DNA from: Alphaproteobacteria bacterium | GTDB taxonomy: Bacteria > Pseudomonadota > Alphaproteobacteria > UBA8366 | Reading direction: 5' to 3' | Length of the DNA stretch: 42,385 nt | Assembly (NCBI GenBank): GCA_030743445.1 | Contig: JASLSL010000203.1 | Span: 1-42,385 of the forward strand | Shown here: piece by piece, positions 10,201-17,446 of the stretch | Position numbering within the stretch: the stretch's first letter is position 1 | Layout: each line of letters opens with the position of its first letter | The notes under the pieces: model-generated | Databases searched by the model: none | What the model was told of the DNA's origin: nothing | What the model saw: only the letters and a program-made list of their open reading frames with translations | Position numbers and translations under genes: made by a program

Positions 10201-11295
10201 CCGGACCGGCGGCTCCGCATCGGATACGTCTCGGGCGATTTCCGCCGGCATTCGGCGGCCTACGCCTTCGGACCGGCGCTCCTGAACCACGATCCAGCGA
10301 CCTTCGAGATCGTGTGCTATTCCACGTCGACGATCGAGGACGAGTTGACCGCCGACTTCAAGCGGGCGGCGGCGCTGTGGCGGCCGTGTTGGGGCATGGC
10401 CGACGACGCGCTGGCCGGGCAAATTCGCGCCGATGGGATCGACATCCTGGTCGACCTGTCGGGCCATTCGGCGGGCAACCGGCTGCTGGTATTCGCGCGC
10501 AAACCGGCCCCGGTGCAGGCGACCGGCTGGGGCCACGCCACCGGCACGGGCCTGACGGCGATCGACTACCGGTTCACCGACCGGGTGATGCTGCGCGAGG
10601 GCGAAGCGGAACTCTACGCCGAGCGGCCTTGTTATCTGCCGTGTTCGCTCGGCTACATGCCGCCCGCCGATGCGCCGGAGACGGCACCCCTGCCGGCCAA
10701 GGGCGGTAACCCGATCACATTCGGTTGCCTCAACCGGCTCGACAAGGTGACCGACGAGGCCCTGGCGCTGTGGTCGGGCATCCTCCTTGCGGTGCCGGAC
10801 TCGCGCCTGGTGCTGAAGGGAATGGCGCTCGACGACGGCGCCTATCGCGAGCGTCTCGGCGCGCGCCTCAAGGCCCACGGGATCGATCCGGCGCGGGTCG
10901 GCCTCGCCGGCAGCACGGCGCAGCGCGAACACCTCCAGGCCTATGGCGAGGTCGACCTGGCGCTCGACCCGATCCCGCTCGGCGGCGGGGTCAGCTCGCT
11001 GGAGTCGTTGTGGATGGGGGTCCCGGTCGTCACATTGCTGGGGATGGCGACGCCGGGGCGGGTCTCCGCCGCGATCCTGACCGCGATCGGCCTAGAGGAA
11101 CTGATCGCGGAATCGCCGGAGCAATACCGCGAGATGGCGATTGCTCTCGCCGGGGATCCGGCTCGCCTGGAGGATCTTCGTTCAGGCCTACGCGACCGCC
11201 TCGCCGCCTCGCCGCTCGGCGACGGGCGGCAATACGCGGCCGCTGTCGAGGACGCCTACCGCGAGATGTGGCGCGCCTGGTGCGAGACGCGCTGA
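7231..11295 (+). CDS. tandemly duplicated TPR-repeat / GT41 (SPINDLY/OGT-like) glycosyltransferase fusion protein
   Basis: 1354 aa made of two collinear units. Each unit has a basic leader, 34-aa TPR repeats (..AHNNLG..L.R..EAE...RRA.ELDP..) and a C-terminal domain with blocks RLRIGYVS.DFR.HSAA, DLSGHSAGNRLLVFARKPAPVQ, GHATGTG, FGS/CFNRLDKV and DP.P.GGG.....SLWMG.PVVTL, which are typical of COG3914/GT41 proteins. Confidence 0.85.
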   Translation: MNRRDRRRAARKAAKQGKAPAAKPATPKADAMLAEAVAHHSAGRLADAVAIYDQLLGVDPDQPDALHLKGVAVFQAGEAEDGLGLIARAIELRPDVADYHANLGNMLWTQGRAAEAEGPLERAVELNPDHAEAHNNLGNTLEALGRDDAALERFARAVELKSDYGDAHGNYGISLHRAGRLNEAEAMLRRALELDPASAQAHNNLGNALRDLARFEEAESLLRRAVELKPDYANAHYNLGIALFDQRRLEDAEAALRRALALDPDSVGAHNNLAVVLSELGRYEEAEDSVRRAIDLDPEHGEAHNNLGVVLRGLGHFEAAEDAYRRALALDPGNADAHSNLIFVLDFGADYDLAEKQAERRHWAEQHEAPLATEIQPHSNDRNPDRRLRIGYVSADFRHHSAAASFGPVLFNHDPENFEVFCYSCSVREDHMTDRIRDAAAEWRACWSVPDAAVAEQIRADRIDVLVDLSGHSAGNRLLVFARKPAPVQVTAWGHATGTGLETMDHFMADPVFVPPEEESLYAEKIHHLPSGLAYMPPEECPAVGPLPAEANGFITFGSFNRLDKVSDETLGLWSEILAAVPNSRLMIKAQSLDNEAIRGQFGERLFEAGFEESRVDLMGGSSQVQHLDAHNRVDIALDPFPHGGGITTMESLWMGTPVVTLRGPTIAGRTTASALIVHGLDRFIAETTDSYRHIAAEAAGDIDELARLKASLRQTVATSPAGDAAQYTAAVEAAYREMWREWCAARPAPAVKPTKRRPKKKKRKRAKKPVDQALFDTARAHHHAGRLAEAELIYGNILADDPDNADAMQLKGVLALQGGKADEALALIECAIELEPGAAIFHGNLGFALIHLGRNEDAEAALRRAIDLDPKYARAHSNLSTLLCDSARFEEAEASIRRAIELEPDQAEAYNNLGVILRNRGEFDAALEAFRQAMTINPANARAHSNLIFVMDFIPDRDLAELQDERRDWNRRYAAPLAPTTEFHDNDPDPDRRLRIGYVSGDFRRHSAAYAFGPALLNHDPATFEIVCYSTSTIEDELTADFKRAAALWRPCWGMADDALAGQIRADGIDILVDLSGHSAGNRLLVFARKPAPVQATGWGHATGTGLTAIDYRFTDRVMLREGEAELYAERPCYLPCSLGYMPPADAPETAPLPAKGGNPITFGCLNRLDKVTDEALALWSGILLAVPDSRLVLKGMALDDGAYRERLGARLKAHGIDPARVGLAGSTAQREHLQAYGEVDLALDPIPLGGGVSSLESLWMGVPVVTLLGMATPGRVSAAILTAIGLEELIAESPEQYREMAIALAGDPARLEDLRSGLRDRLAASPLGDGRQYAAAVEDAYREMWRAWCETR

Positions 11296-11321
11296 GCGGG
11301 GCCGTCGCTATTATTTTTTTT
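11291..11321 (+). terminator. possible weak intrinsic terminator (short hairpin plus T8 run) after the TPR/GT41 gene
   Basis: agcg-gggccgt-cgct (4-bp stem) followed by attatttttttt. A T-run of this length is conspicuous in high-GC DNA, but the stem is weak. Confidence 0.3.
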
Positions 11322-11441
11322 CGTCATCCCCGCGAACGCGGGGATCCAGTCCGTTAAACCGGCGGACCAGCAGAGCACTTCGTGATTTTAACGGAATGGG
11401 TCCCGGATCGGCCCCGCTTCGCGGACCCGTCCGGGATGACG
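11322..11441. repeat. MITE-like palindromic intergenic element, copy A (CGTCATCCC ... GGGATGACG termini)
   Basis: The termini CGTCATCCCCG (11322-) and CCGGGATGACG (-11441) are inverted repeats. Internal inverted pair CCGTTAAA / TTTAACGG. Left-arm hairpin ccccgcg-aac-gcgggg. The right arm (aatgggtcccggatcgg...cccgtccgggatgacg) is closely similar to 42174-42224. Confidence 0.6.
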
Positions 11442-11472
11442 GTCAAAATTTTGTGCCTGGCACCTCTTCCCG

Positions 11473-12351
11473 CTAATGCGCCATCAGGACCGGCACCTCG
11501 GCGGCGTCGAGGATGTGGCTGGTGATGCCGCCGAAGATCATCTGTCTCAACCGACTGTGGGTGTAGGCGCCCTTGATCATCAGGTCACAACCGAGTTTCT
11601 GGGCCTCGCCGAGCGTCGCCTCACCGGGCGACCGGCCGTCCCCCGGTACCTCGATCGCCTCGGCGTCGATCCCGTTGCGGCCGAGATGGATCGTCACGTC
11701 CGCGGCACTCGGCCCCGGCACCATGCCGTTTTCGACCGACAGCACCGTGACCTTGTCGGCGCCTTGAATGAACGGCATGGCGAAGGTGATCGCGCGAGCG
11801 GTCTCGTCGCTGCCGTTCCAGGCGATGACGACGTTGGCCCCGATGCGGTTGGGCGCCTTCGGCGGCGCGATCAGGACCGGCCGGCCGGTCTCGAACAGCG
11901 CCGCCTCCAAAAGGCTCATCGTCGGGGTTGCCGACCCACGCACCGGGCGGCCGACGACGATTAGATCGAACAGCCGGCCGCGGCTTCCCACCAGGTCGCG
12001 CCCGGGGATTTCTTCCTCGACCCAACCGGCGGTCGGATGGTCCTGCGGCGCGGCACCACCGTCGAGCGGCACGCCTTTCTCCTTCATGAACGCCTCGAAC
12101 AGTTCGTGGGCGCGCTCGGCGCGTTCCCTCTCCTGCCGCTGGAAGGTCTCCACGAGATCGGGCGGCGTCACGCCGAGACCTTCGCCCGCGACCACGACCT
12201 CGGTCAGGCTGGGCTGCTCGTAGAGTCCCTCGATATAGCTGTTGAAGCGCTGTGCCACCTGCAGCGCGGTTTCGAGAATCGACGGTAGGACGTCGCTCTC
12301 CTCGAGCGGCACCAAAATAGTCCTCATGTTTGCCCCCGGTATCTCCTCCAC
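11473..12351 (-). CDS. universal stress protein (tandem Usp domains)
   Basis: 292 aa with two UspA-like halves. The C-terminal signature is MIKGAYTHSRLRQMIFGGITSHILDAAEVPVLMAH. Confidence 0.85.
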   Translation of the reverse strand: MEEIPGANMRTILVPLEESDVLPSILETALQVAQRFNSYIEGLYEQPSLTEVVVAGEGLGVTPPDLVETFQRQERERAERAHELFEAFMKEKGVPLDGGAAPQDHPTAGWVEEEIPGRDLVGSRGRLFDLIVVGRPVRGSATPTMSLLEAALFETGRPVLIAPPKAPNRIGANVVIAWNGSDETARAITFAMPFIQGADKVTVLSVENGMVPGPSAADVTIHLGRNGIDAEAIEVPGDGRSPGEATLGEAQKLGCDLMIKGAYTHSRLRQMIFGGITSHILDAAEVPVLMAH

Positions 12352-12435
12352 TTCACTCCCCGGATCATCCTACATCACTTGTGCGGGCGCGTTAAGGACG
12401 AGACGCACCGCATTCGGCATGCTTATCTAGCGAGT

Positions 12436-13389
12436 ATGGTGCCGGACTCTTCCCAACAACGTGCCGCGCAACTCGCCCGCGTATCGGCGCCGGGCAAGGG
12501 CATCGCCCTGATGCTGTCGGGCGGCCTGTTCCTGACCATGAACGACAGCATCGCGAAGTGGCTGACCGGGGACTATCCGGTCGGCGAGGTCCTGGCATTG
12601 CGCGGCATCTTCGTCTTCATCCCGATCGCGTTGTTGGCGTGGCGTAACGGCGGGCTGACCGCTTTGCGCATCAACTGGTGGCGCGGCCACGCGGCACGCG
12701 CCGGGTTCATGATGGCGTCGTCGTTCCTGTTCGTCACCGGCCTCACCAAGCTGCCGCTGGCCGACGCTATCGCCTTCGCCTTCACCGGGCCGCTGGTGCT
12801 GACGGCACTCGCGATGCCGCTGTTGGGCGAGCGCGTGGGATGGCGGCGCTGGCTCGCGGTCTTGGCCGGCTTCCTCGGGATATTGGTGATGTTGCGGCCG
12901 GGCACGGAGGCGATCCGGTGGGCCGCGCTGTTTCCGATCGGCGCCACCATCTGCGGCGCCCTGCGCGACATCCTGACCCGGCGGATGACGTTGCACGAAT
13001 CCTCGACCGCGATCCTGATGACCGGCACCAGCGGCGTGATCCTGGCCGGGCTCTGCACTTTGCCGTTCGGCTGGAAGCTGCCGACGCCGGGCGATTTCGG
13101 CATGATGGCGTTGAGCGGTTGCCTCGTCGGCGCCGCCCATTTCATGGTGATCGAGAGCTTCCGCAACGCCGAGGCGACGCTGGTGGCGCCGTTCAAGTAC
13201 TTCACCATGGTCTGGGCGGTGGTGCTCGGGTTCGTCATCTGGGGCGACCTTCCGAACGCCGCGACGCTGGCCGGGGTCAGCCTGGTGATCGGCAGCGGGG
13301 TTTACATTTTGCACCGCGAGACCCGGCGTCGACATCCAGTCTCTGGCGGCGAGGATAACGACGGGCGACACGAGGGGGGAAAACGGTGA
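12436..13389 (+). CDS. DMT superfamily (EamA-like) transporter
   Basis: About 10 predicted TM helices in two EamA-like halves. I prefer the ATG at 12436 (MVPDSSQQ..) over the track start at 12379. Stop overlaps the next ORF start (GTGA). Confidence 0.8.
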   Translation: MVPDSSQQRAAQLARVSAPGKGIALMLSGGLFLTMNDSIAKWLTGDYPVGEVLALRGIFVFIPIALLAWRNGGLTALRINWWRGHAARAGFMMASSFLFVTGLTKLPLADAIAFAFTGPLVLTALAMPLLGERVGWRRWLAVLAGFLGILVMLRPGTEAIRWAALFPIGATICGALRDILTRRMTLHESSTAILMTGTSGVILAGLCTLPFGWKLPTPGDFGMMALSGCLVGAAHFMVIESFRNAEATLVAPFKYFTMVWAVVLGFVIWGDLPNAATLAGVSLVIGSGVYILHRETRRRHPVSGGEDNDGRHEGGKR

Positions 13390-14279
13390 GCGACGATCGT
13401 TTCGACCTGCCGCGCCTGGCGCCGGACCCGATCCCGGCGATCCATCCGGTGCCGGAATACGCGGTCGAAGGCCAGCGCGCCGAGTGGTACGCCGATATGA
13501 AGTCGGTCTTCCAGGTGCCGTGGATGGGTGTGGTCACCATGGCCTACGCCCACTACCCGACCTTCTTCGAGGTGTTGTGGCAAGGCACCCGCGAGCTCGC
13601 GCGAAGCCGGCCCTTCGTCGAGACGTTTCTCGGCCTCCGCGCCTTCGTCGAGGCGGAAATCGCTGCCCTCGACCCGCCACCGATAATCCGGCGCCTCGTG
13701 GATCACGGCTACGGCGCACGCGAGATCGACGGCATCCGCGAGGTCAACGAGGTGTTCTCGCACGGCAACTTTCCCTACACCGTGATGTCGACCATCGCGC
13801 GCCTCTTGGTCGAGGGCGGCGAGATGACCGCAAGCGGCGAGGCGCCGCCCTTCGAGGGCCGTCACGCGCCCGACGTCCGGGTCCCGTTCCTGCTGATGGA
13901 GGCGCACCACGCGGACGAACCGTCGCGGGCGGTCTACGAGGATGTCAAGGCGGTCCTGCGCCTCCCCTTCGTCAACACCGACTACCGCGCCTTCGCGCGC
14001 TGGCCGAGCTATTGGGCCATGGCCTGGGGCGATCTGCGCCAGGTCGCGGGCGGCGCGGCCCACGAGGCGATCTGCCAGGCCTATCACGACCGGGTGCTCG
14101 CCGCGGTGGCGAGCGAGTTGCCGAACGTCGGCGGGATCACCTCGGCGGCGGTGCGCGAGGCGGCGGCGGCCGACGCGCCCTTGGATGAGGTGGTCGAGAT
14201 GTGCCGGCTCTTCCAGTGGCTGTTGCCCGGCCTAGTGTGCAACGTGGCCTATCTCCGGGCGCAACTGCTGACGGATTGA
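13386..14279 (+). CDS. DehI-family (group I alpha-haloacid dehalogenase-like) protein
   Basis: 297 aa. From memory of Pseudomonas putida DehI, the blocks Y.D.K....VPW.G / HYP.F....W and G....EI..IR.V...F..GN..Y, plus a second pseudo-repeat (LRLPFVNTDYRAFARWPSYW), line up. This is not verified by any search. Confidence 0.45.
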   Translation: MSDDRFDLPRLAPDPIPAIHPVPEYAVEGQRAEWYADMKSVFQVPWMGVVTMAYAHYPTFFEVLWQGTRELARSRPFVETFLGLRAFVEAEIAALDPPPIIRRLVDHGYGAREIDGIREVNEVFSHGNFPYTVMSTIARLLVEGGEMTASGEAPPFEGRHAPDVRVPFLLMEAHHADEPSRAVYEDVKAVLRLPFVNTDYRAFARWPSYWAMAWGDLRQVAGGAAHEAICQAYHDRVLAAVASELPNVGGITSAAVREAAAADAPLDEVVEMCRLFQWLLPGLVCNVAYLRAQLLTD

Positions 14280-14288
14280 GGAGCGAAC

Positions 14289-15947
14289 GTGGCGACGACC
14301 TTGATCCACGGCTTTCGCCTCGACAATCTGCGCGGCGACATCTTCGGCGGCCTGACCGCCGCGGTCGTCGCCCTGCCGCTGGCGCTCGCCTTCGGCGTCG
14401 CGTCGGGCGCCGGTCCGATCGCCGGCCTTTATGGCGCGATAGCGGTCGGCCTGTTCGCCGCGCTGTTCGGCGGCACGCCGGCCCAGGTATCCGGCCCGAC
14501 CGGGCCGATGACCGTGGTGATGGCGACGATCGTCCTGGAGTACGCGCACGATCCGGCCATGGCGTTCACCGTCGTCATGCTGGGCGGCGCTTTCCAGATT
14601 TTATTCGGCGTTTTCCGCGTCGGCCACTACGTCAACATGATGCCCTACCCGGTGATCTCGGGCTTCATGACCGGGATCGGCTGCATCATCATCATCCTGC
14701 AGGTCGGCCCGCTGCTCGGCCACGCCAATCCCGCCGGCGGCCCGCTGGCGGCGATGCTGGAGATCCCCGGCTTCATCGCGAACCTGCGGCCGGACGCCCT
14801 GGCGGTCGGCGTCGCGACGCTCGCCCTCGTCCTGTTCGTGCCTCGGGTGGTCGCCCGCCTGGTGCCGCCGGTGCTGATCGCGCTCGGGGTCGGGACCGCG
14901 CTGGCCCTCACGGTGTTCGGGGCCGCGCCGGTTCTCGGCCAAGTTCCGACCGGCCTGCCCGACCTGGTCCGCCCATCCTTCACCATCGAGGCTCTACCGG
15001 GAATGGTGACCTCGGCCCTGGTGCTGGCGACCCTCGGCTCCCTCGACAGCCTCCTGACCTCGCTGATCGCCGATAACGCGACCCGGACCCACCACGATTC
15101 CAACCGCGAGCTGATCGGCCAGGGCATCGGCAACATGGTCGCGGGGTTGATCGGCGGGCTGCCGGGCGCGGGCGCCACGATGCGCACCGTGGTCAATGTC
15201 CGCGCCGGCGGCCGCACCCCGATTTCGGGCGCGCTGCATGCGTTGGTTCTGCTCGCCCTGGTGCTCGGCCTGGCGCCGCTGGCCGCCAATATCCCGCTCG
15301 CCGCGCTCGCCGGCATTCTGGTCAAGGTCGGCATCGACATCATCGACTGGAGCTATCTGAAGCGCATCCGGCGGGCGCCGCGCGAGGGCGTGATCTTCAT
15401 GCTCGTGGTGTTGGCGCTCACCGTGTTCGTCAACCTGATCCTCGCGGTCGCGGCCGGCGTCGTGATGGCGAGCCTATTGCTGGTCAAGCGGATGACCGAC
15501 ATCCAGGTCGACAGCATGCTGGAGGTGACGCCGGACAATGCCGGGGAAGCGCGCCTGACCGCCGAAGAATCGAAAATCCTGGAGCAGACCGGGGGACGTT
15601 TGATGCTGTTCGTGCTTGGGGGGCCGATCAACTTCGGCGCCGCCAAGGCGATGCACCAGCGTTTGTCCACGACCGACCGGTTCGATGCGCTGGTGCTCGA
15701 CCTCTCCGACGTACCGCTGATGGATTCGAGCGCGTCGATCGCCTTGGAGGACGTCATCGTCCAGGTCCAGGACCGCGGCAAATCGGTTTTCGTCGTCGGC
15801 ATGAAGCCGACTGTCCGCCGCACCTTCCGCCGCATCGGCATCCTCGATATCCTGCCTCGTCGGCACCGCGCGATCGCGAGCCGGCTCGACGGGCTGCTCC
15901 GCGCCGCCGCGGCGATCGATCGGGAGACCGGTGAAGCGTCCGATTGA
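14289..15947 (+). CDS. SulP family inorganic anion transporter with C-terminal STAS domain
   Basis: 552 aa with a GTG start. SulP N-terminal motif (D.FGGLTAAVVALPLALAFGVASG), many TM segments, and a C-terminal STAS-like segment (LMLFVLGGPINFGAAKAM...LVLDLSDVPLMDSSA). Confidence 0.9.
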   Translation: MATTLIHGFRLDNLRGDIFGGLTAAVVALPLALAFGVASGAGPIAGLYGAIAVGLFAALFGGTPAQVSGPTGPMTVVMATIVLEYAHDPAMAFTVVMLGGAFQILFGVFRVGHYVNMMPYPVISGFMTGIGCIIIILQVGPLLGHANPAGGPLAAMLEIPGFIANLRPDALAVGVATLALVLFVPRVVARLVPPVLIALGVGTALALTVFGAAPVLGQVPTGLPDLVRPSFTIEALPGMVTSALVLATLGSLDSLLTSLIADNATRTHHDSNRELIGQGIGNMVAGLIGGLPGAGATMRTVVNVRAGGRTPISGALHALVLLALVLGLAPLAANIPLAALAGILVKVGIDIIDWSYLKRIRRAPREGVIFMLVVLALTVFVNLILAVAAGVVMASLLLVKRMTDIQVDSMLEVTPDNAGEARLTAEESKILEQTGGRLMLFVLGGPINFGAAKAMHQRLSTTDRFDALVLDLSDVPLMDSSASIALEDVIVQVQDRGKSVFVVGMKPTVRRTFRRIGILDILPRRHRAIASRLDGLLRAAAAIDRETGEASD

Positions 15948-15970
15948 CCGGAAACCAGGAGGTTCGAAAG

Positions 15971-17431
15971 ATGGCCAAAGACAGCAACGTCGGTCCCGGA
16001 AAGCGCTTCGTGCTCGACTATATCGAGCGCAATGCGGGGGCCATCGCGCAATTGGGTGACGCGATCTTCTCGTTCGGCGAACCGGGCATGCAGGAGTTCG
16101 AGACCGCGGCGCTGATGACCGGGATCCTCGAGGATGGCGGGTTCGAGGTCGAGCGTGGCATTTCCGGCTTTCCGACCGGCTTCCTCGCGACCCATGGCTC
16201 GGGCGCGCCGGTGATCGCGATTCATTGCGAATACGACGGCAATCCGGGCAACTCCCAACAGTCCGGCGCCACCGAGCAGAGCGAGATCGTGCCCGGCGCC
16301 CCAGGCCACTGCGAGGGCCATAACGCCAACGCGGCGGTGATGGTCGGCGCCGCGCTCGCGCTCAAGGGGGCGATGGAGGAACACGGCATCGCCGGCACGC
16401 TGAAGATCTTCGGCGCACCGGCGGAGGAATTAGTCCTGGCCCGGCCCTATTACGTGCGCGACGGCCATTTCGACGACGTCGACGCGGCCTTCCACGCCCA
16501 TATCTGGGGCGAGTTCTCGACCGAGTACGGGGTGCTGCAGACTTCGGTGATTTCCGCCGAATTCATCTTCCACGGCGAGACCGCGCACGCGGCGATGTAC
16601 CCGTGGCGCGGGCGCGATGCGCTCGACGCAGTGATCCTGATGGACACCGGCATGGCCCAGTTCCGCGAGCACATGCAGCCCGGCACCAATTGCCAGCGGG
16701 TGATCACCGACGGCGGCGAGCAGCCCAACGTCATTCCGGCCCGGGCGGCGGTGTGGTGGTATTTCCGCGCGCCCGACGCGGCCGGTGCCCGCGAGCTGTT
16801 CGAGCACGCCGGGAAGATCGCCGAGGGTGCCGCCCTGATGACCAAGACCGAGATGGAAATCGAAATCAAGGCGGCGGTCTGGCCGGTCCGCGCCAACCAG
16901 ACCATGGCCGAGATCGTACAGCACAATATCGACCTCGTCGGCATGCCCGAATGGTCGGAGGAGGAGCACGAACTGGCCCGGGCGCTGCAAAAGGCCTGCG
17001 GCGGCGAGGAGGAAGGGTTGAAGCGCGAGGTCACGCCCCTCACCGGTCCGTCGGCGCAAATCCCGGCGGCCAACGATTGCGGCGACGTCTCGTGGAAGGT
17101 GCCGATGGCACGGCTTTGGTTCCCCGCCAACGTGCCCAACGTCGCGTTCCACCACTGGTCGGCGGGCTCGGCGCTGGCGACCTCGATCGCCCACAAGGGC
17201 GCCGTCGCGGGCGCCCAGGTTCTGGCCGCCGCGGTCGCCGACATGTTCGCCGACCCGAAGTTGGTCGAGCGGGCCAAGGAAACTTTTTCGCAAGAGATCG
17301 GCGACGTGGTCTACGAGCCGATGCTGCCGCCGGCCCAACGGCCGGACACCGGCATCAACCGCGAGCTGATGGCGACCTATCGCCCGTTGATGGAGAAGCA
17401 CTACGCGAAGGACAAGCCGACCTTCGCGTGA
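15971..17431 (+). CDS. M20-family amidohydrolase (AbgB / aminobenzoyl-glutamate hydrolase subunit B-like)
   Basis: ATG at 15971 is preceded by ccaggagg. Metal-ligand style blocks are present: IAIHCEYDG, PGHCEGHNANAA, FGAPAEE and FHGETAHAA. Confidence 0.8.
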   Translation: MAKDSNVGPGKRFVLDYIERNAGAIAQLGDAIFSFGEPGMQEFETAALMTGILEDGGFEVERGISGFPTGFLATHGSGAPVIAIHCEYDGNPGNSQQSGATEQSEIVPGAPGHCEGHNANAAVMVGAALALKGAMEEHGIAGTLKIFGAPAEELVLARPYYVRDGHFDDVDAAFHAHIWGEFSTEYGVLQTSVISAEFIFHGETAHAAMYPWRGRDALDAVILMDTGMAQFREHMQPGTNCQRVITDGGEQPNVIPARAAVWWYFRAPDAAGARELFEHAGKIAEGAALMTKTEMEIEIKAAVWPVRANQTMAEIVQHNIDLVGMPEWSEEEHELARALQKACGGEEEGLKREVTPLTGPSAQIPAANDCGDVSWKVPMARLWFPANVPNVAFHHWSAGSALATSIAHKGAVAGAQVLAAAVADMFADPKLVERAKETFSQEIGDVVYEPMLPPAQRPDTGINRELMATYRPLMEKHYAKDKPTFA

Positions 17432-17446
17432 TCCCTGCCGGCGGCG

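Noticed and set aside
11141-11476. 111-aa ORF spanning the intergenic MITE (..FFSSSPRTRGSSPLNRR..), and the similar ORF 28585..28971.
   Set aside because: Both are read through palindromic repeat elements and through the 3' ends of real genes in other frames. This is a classic repeat-derived false ORF.
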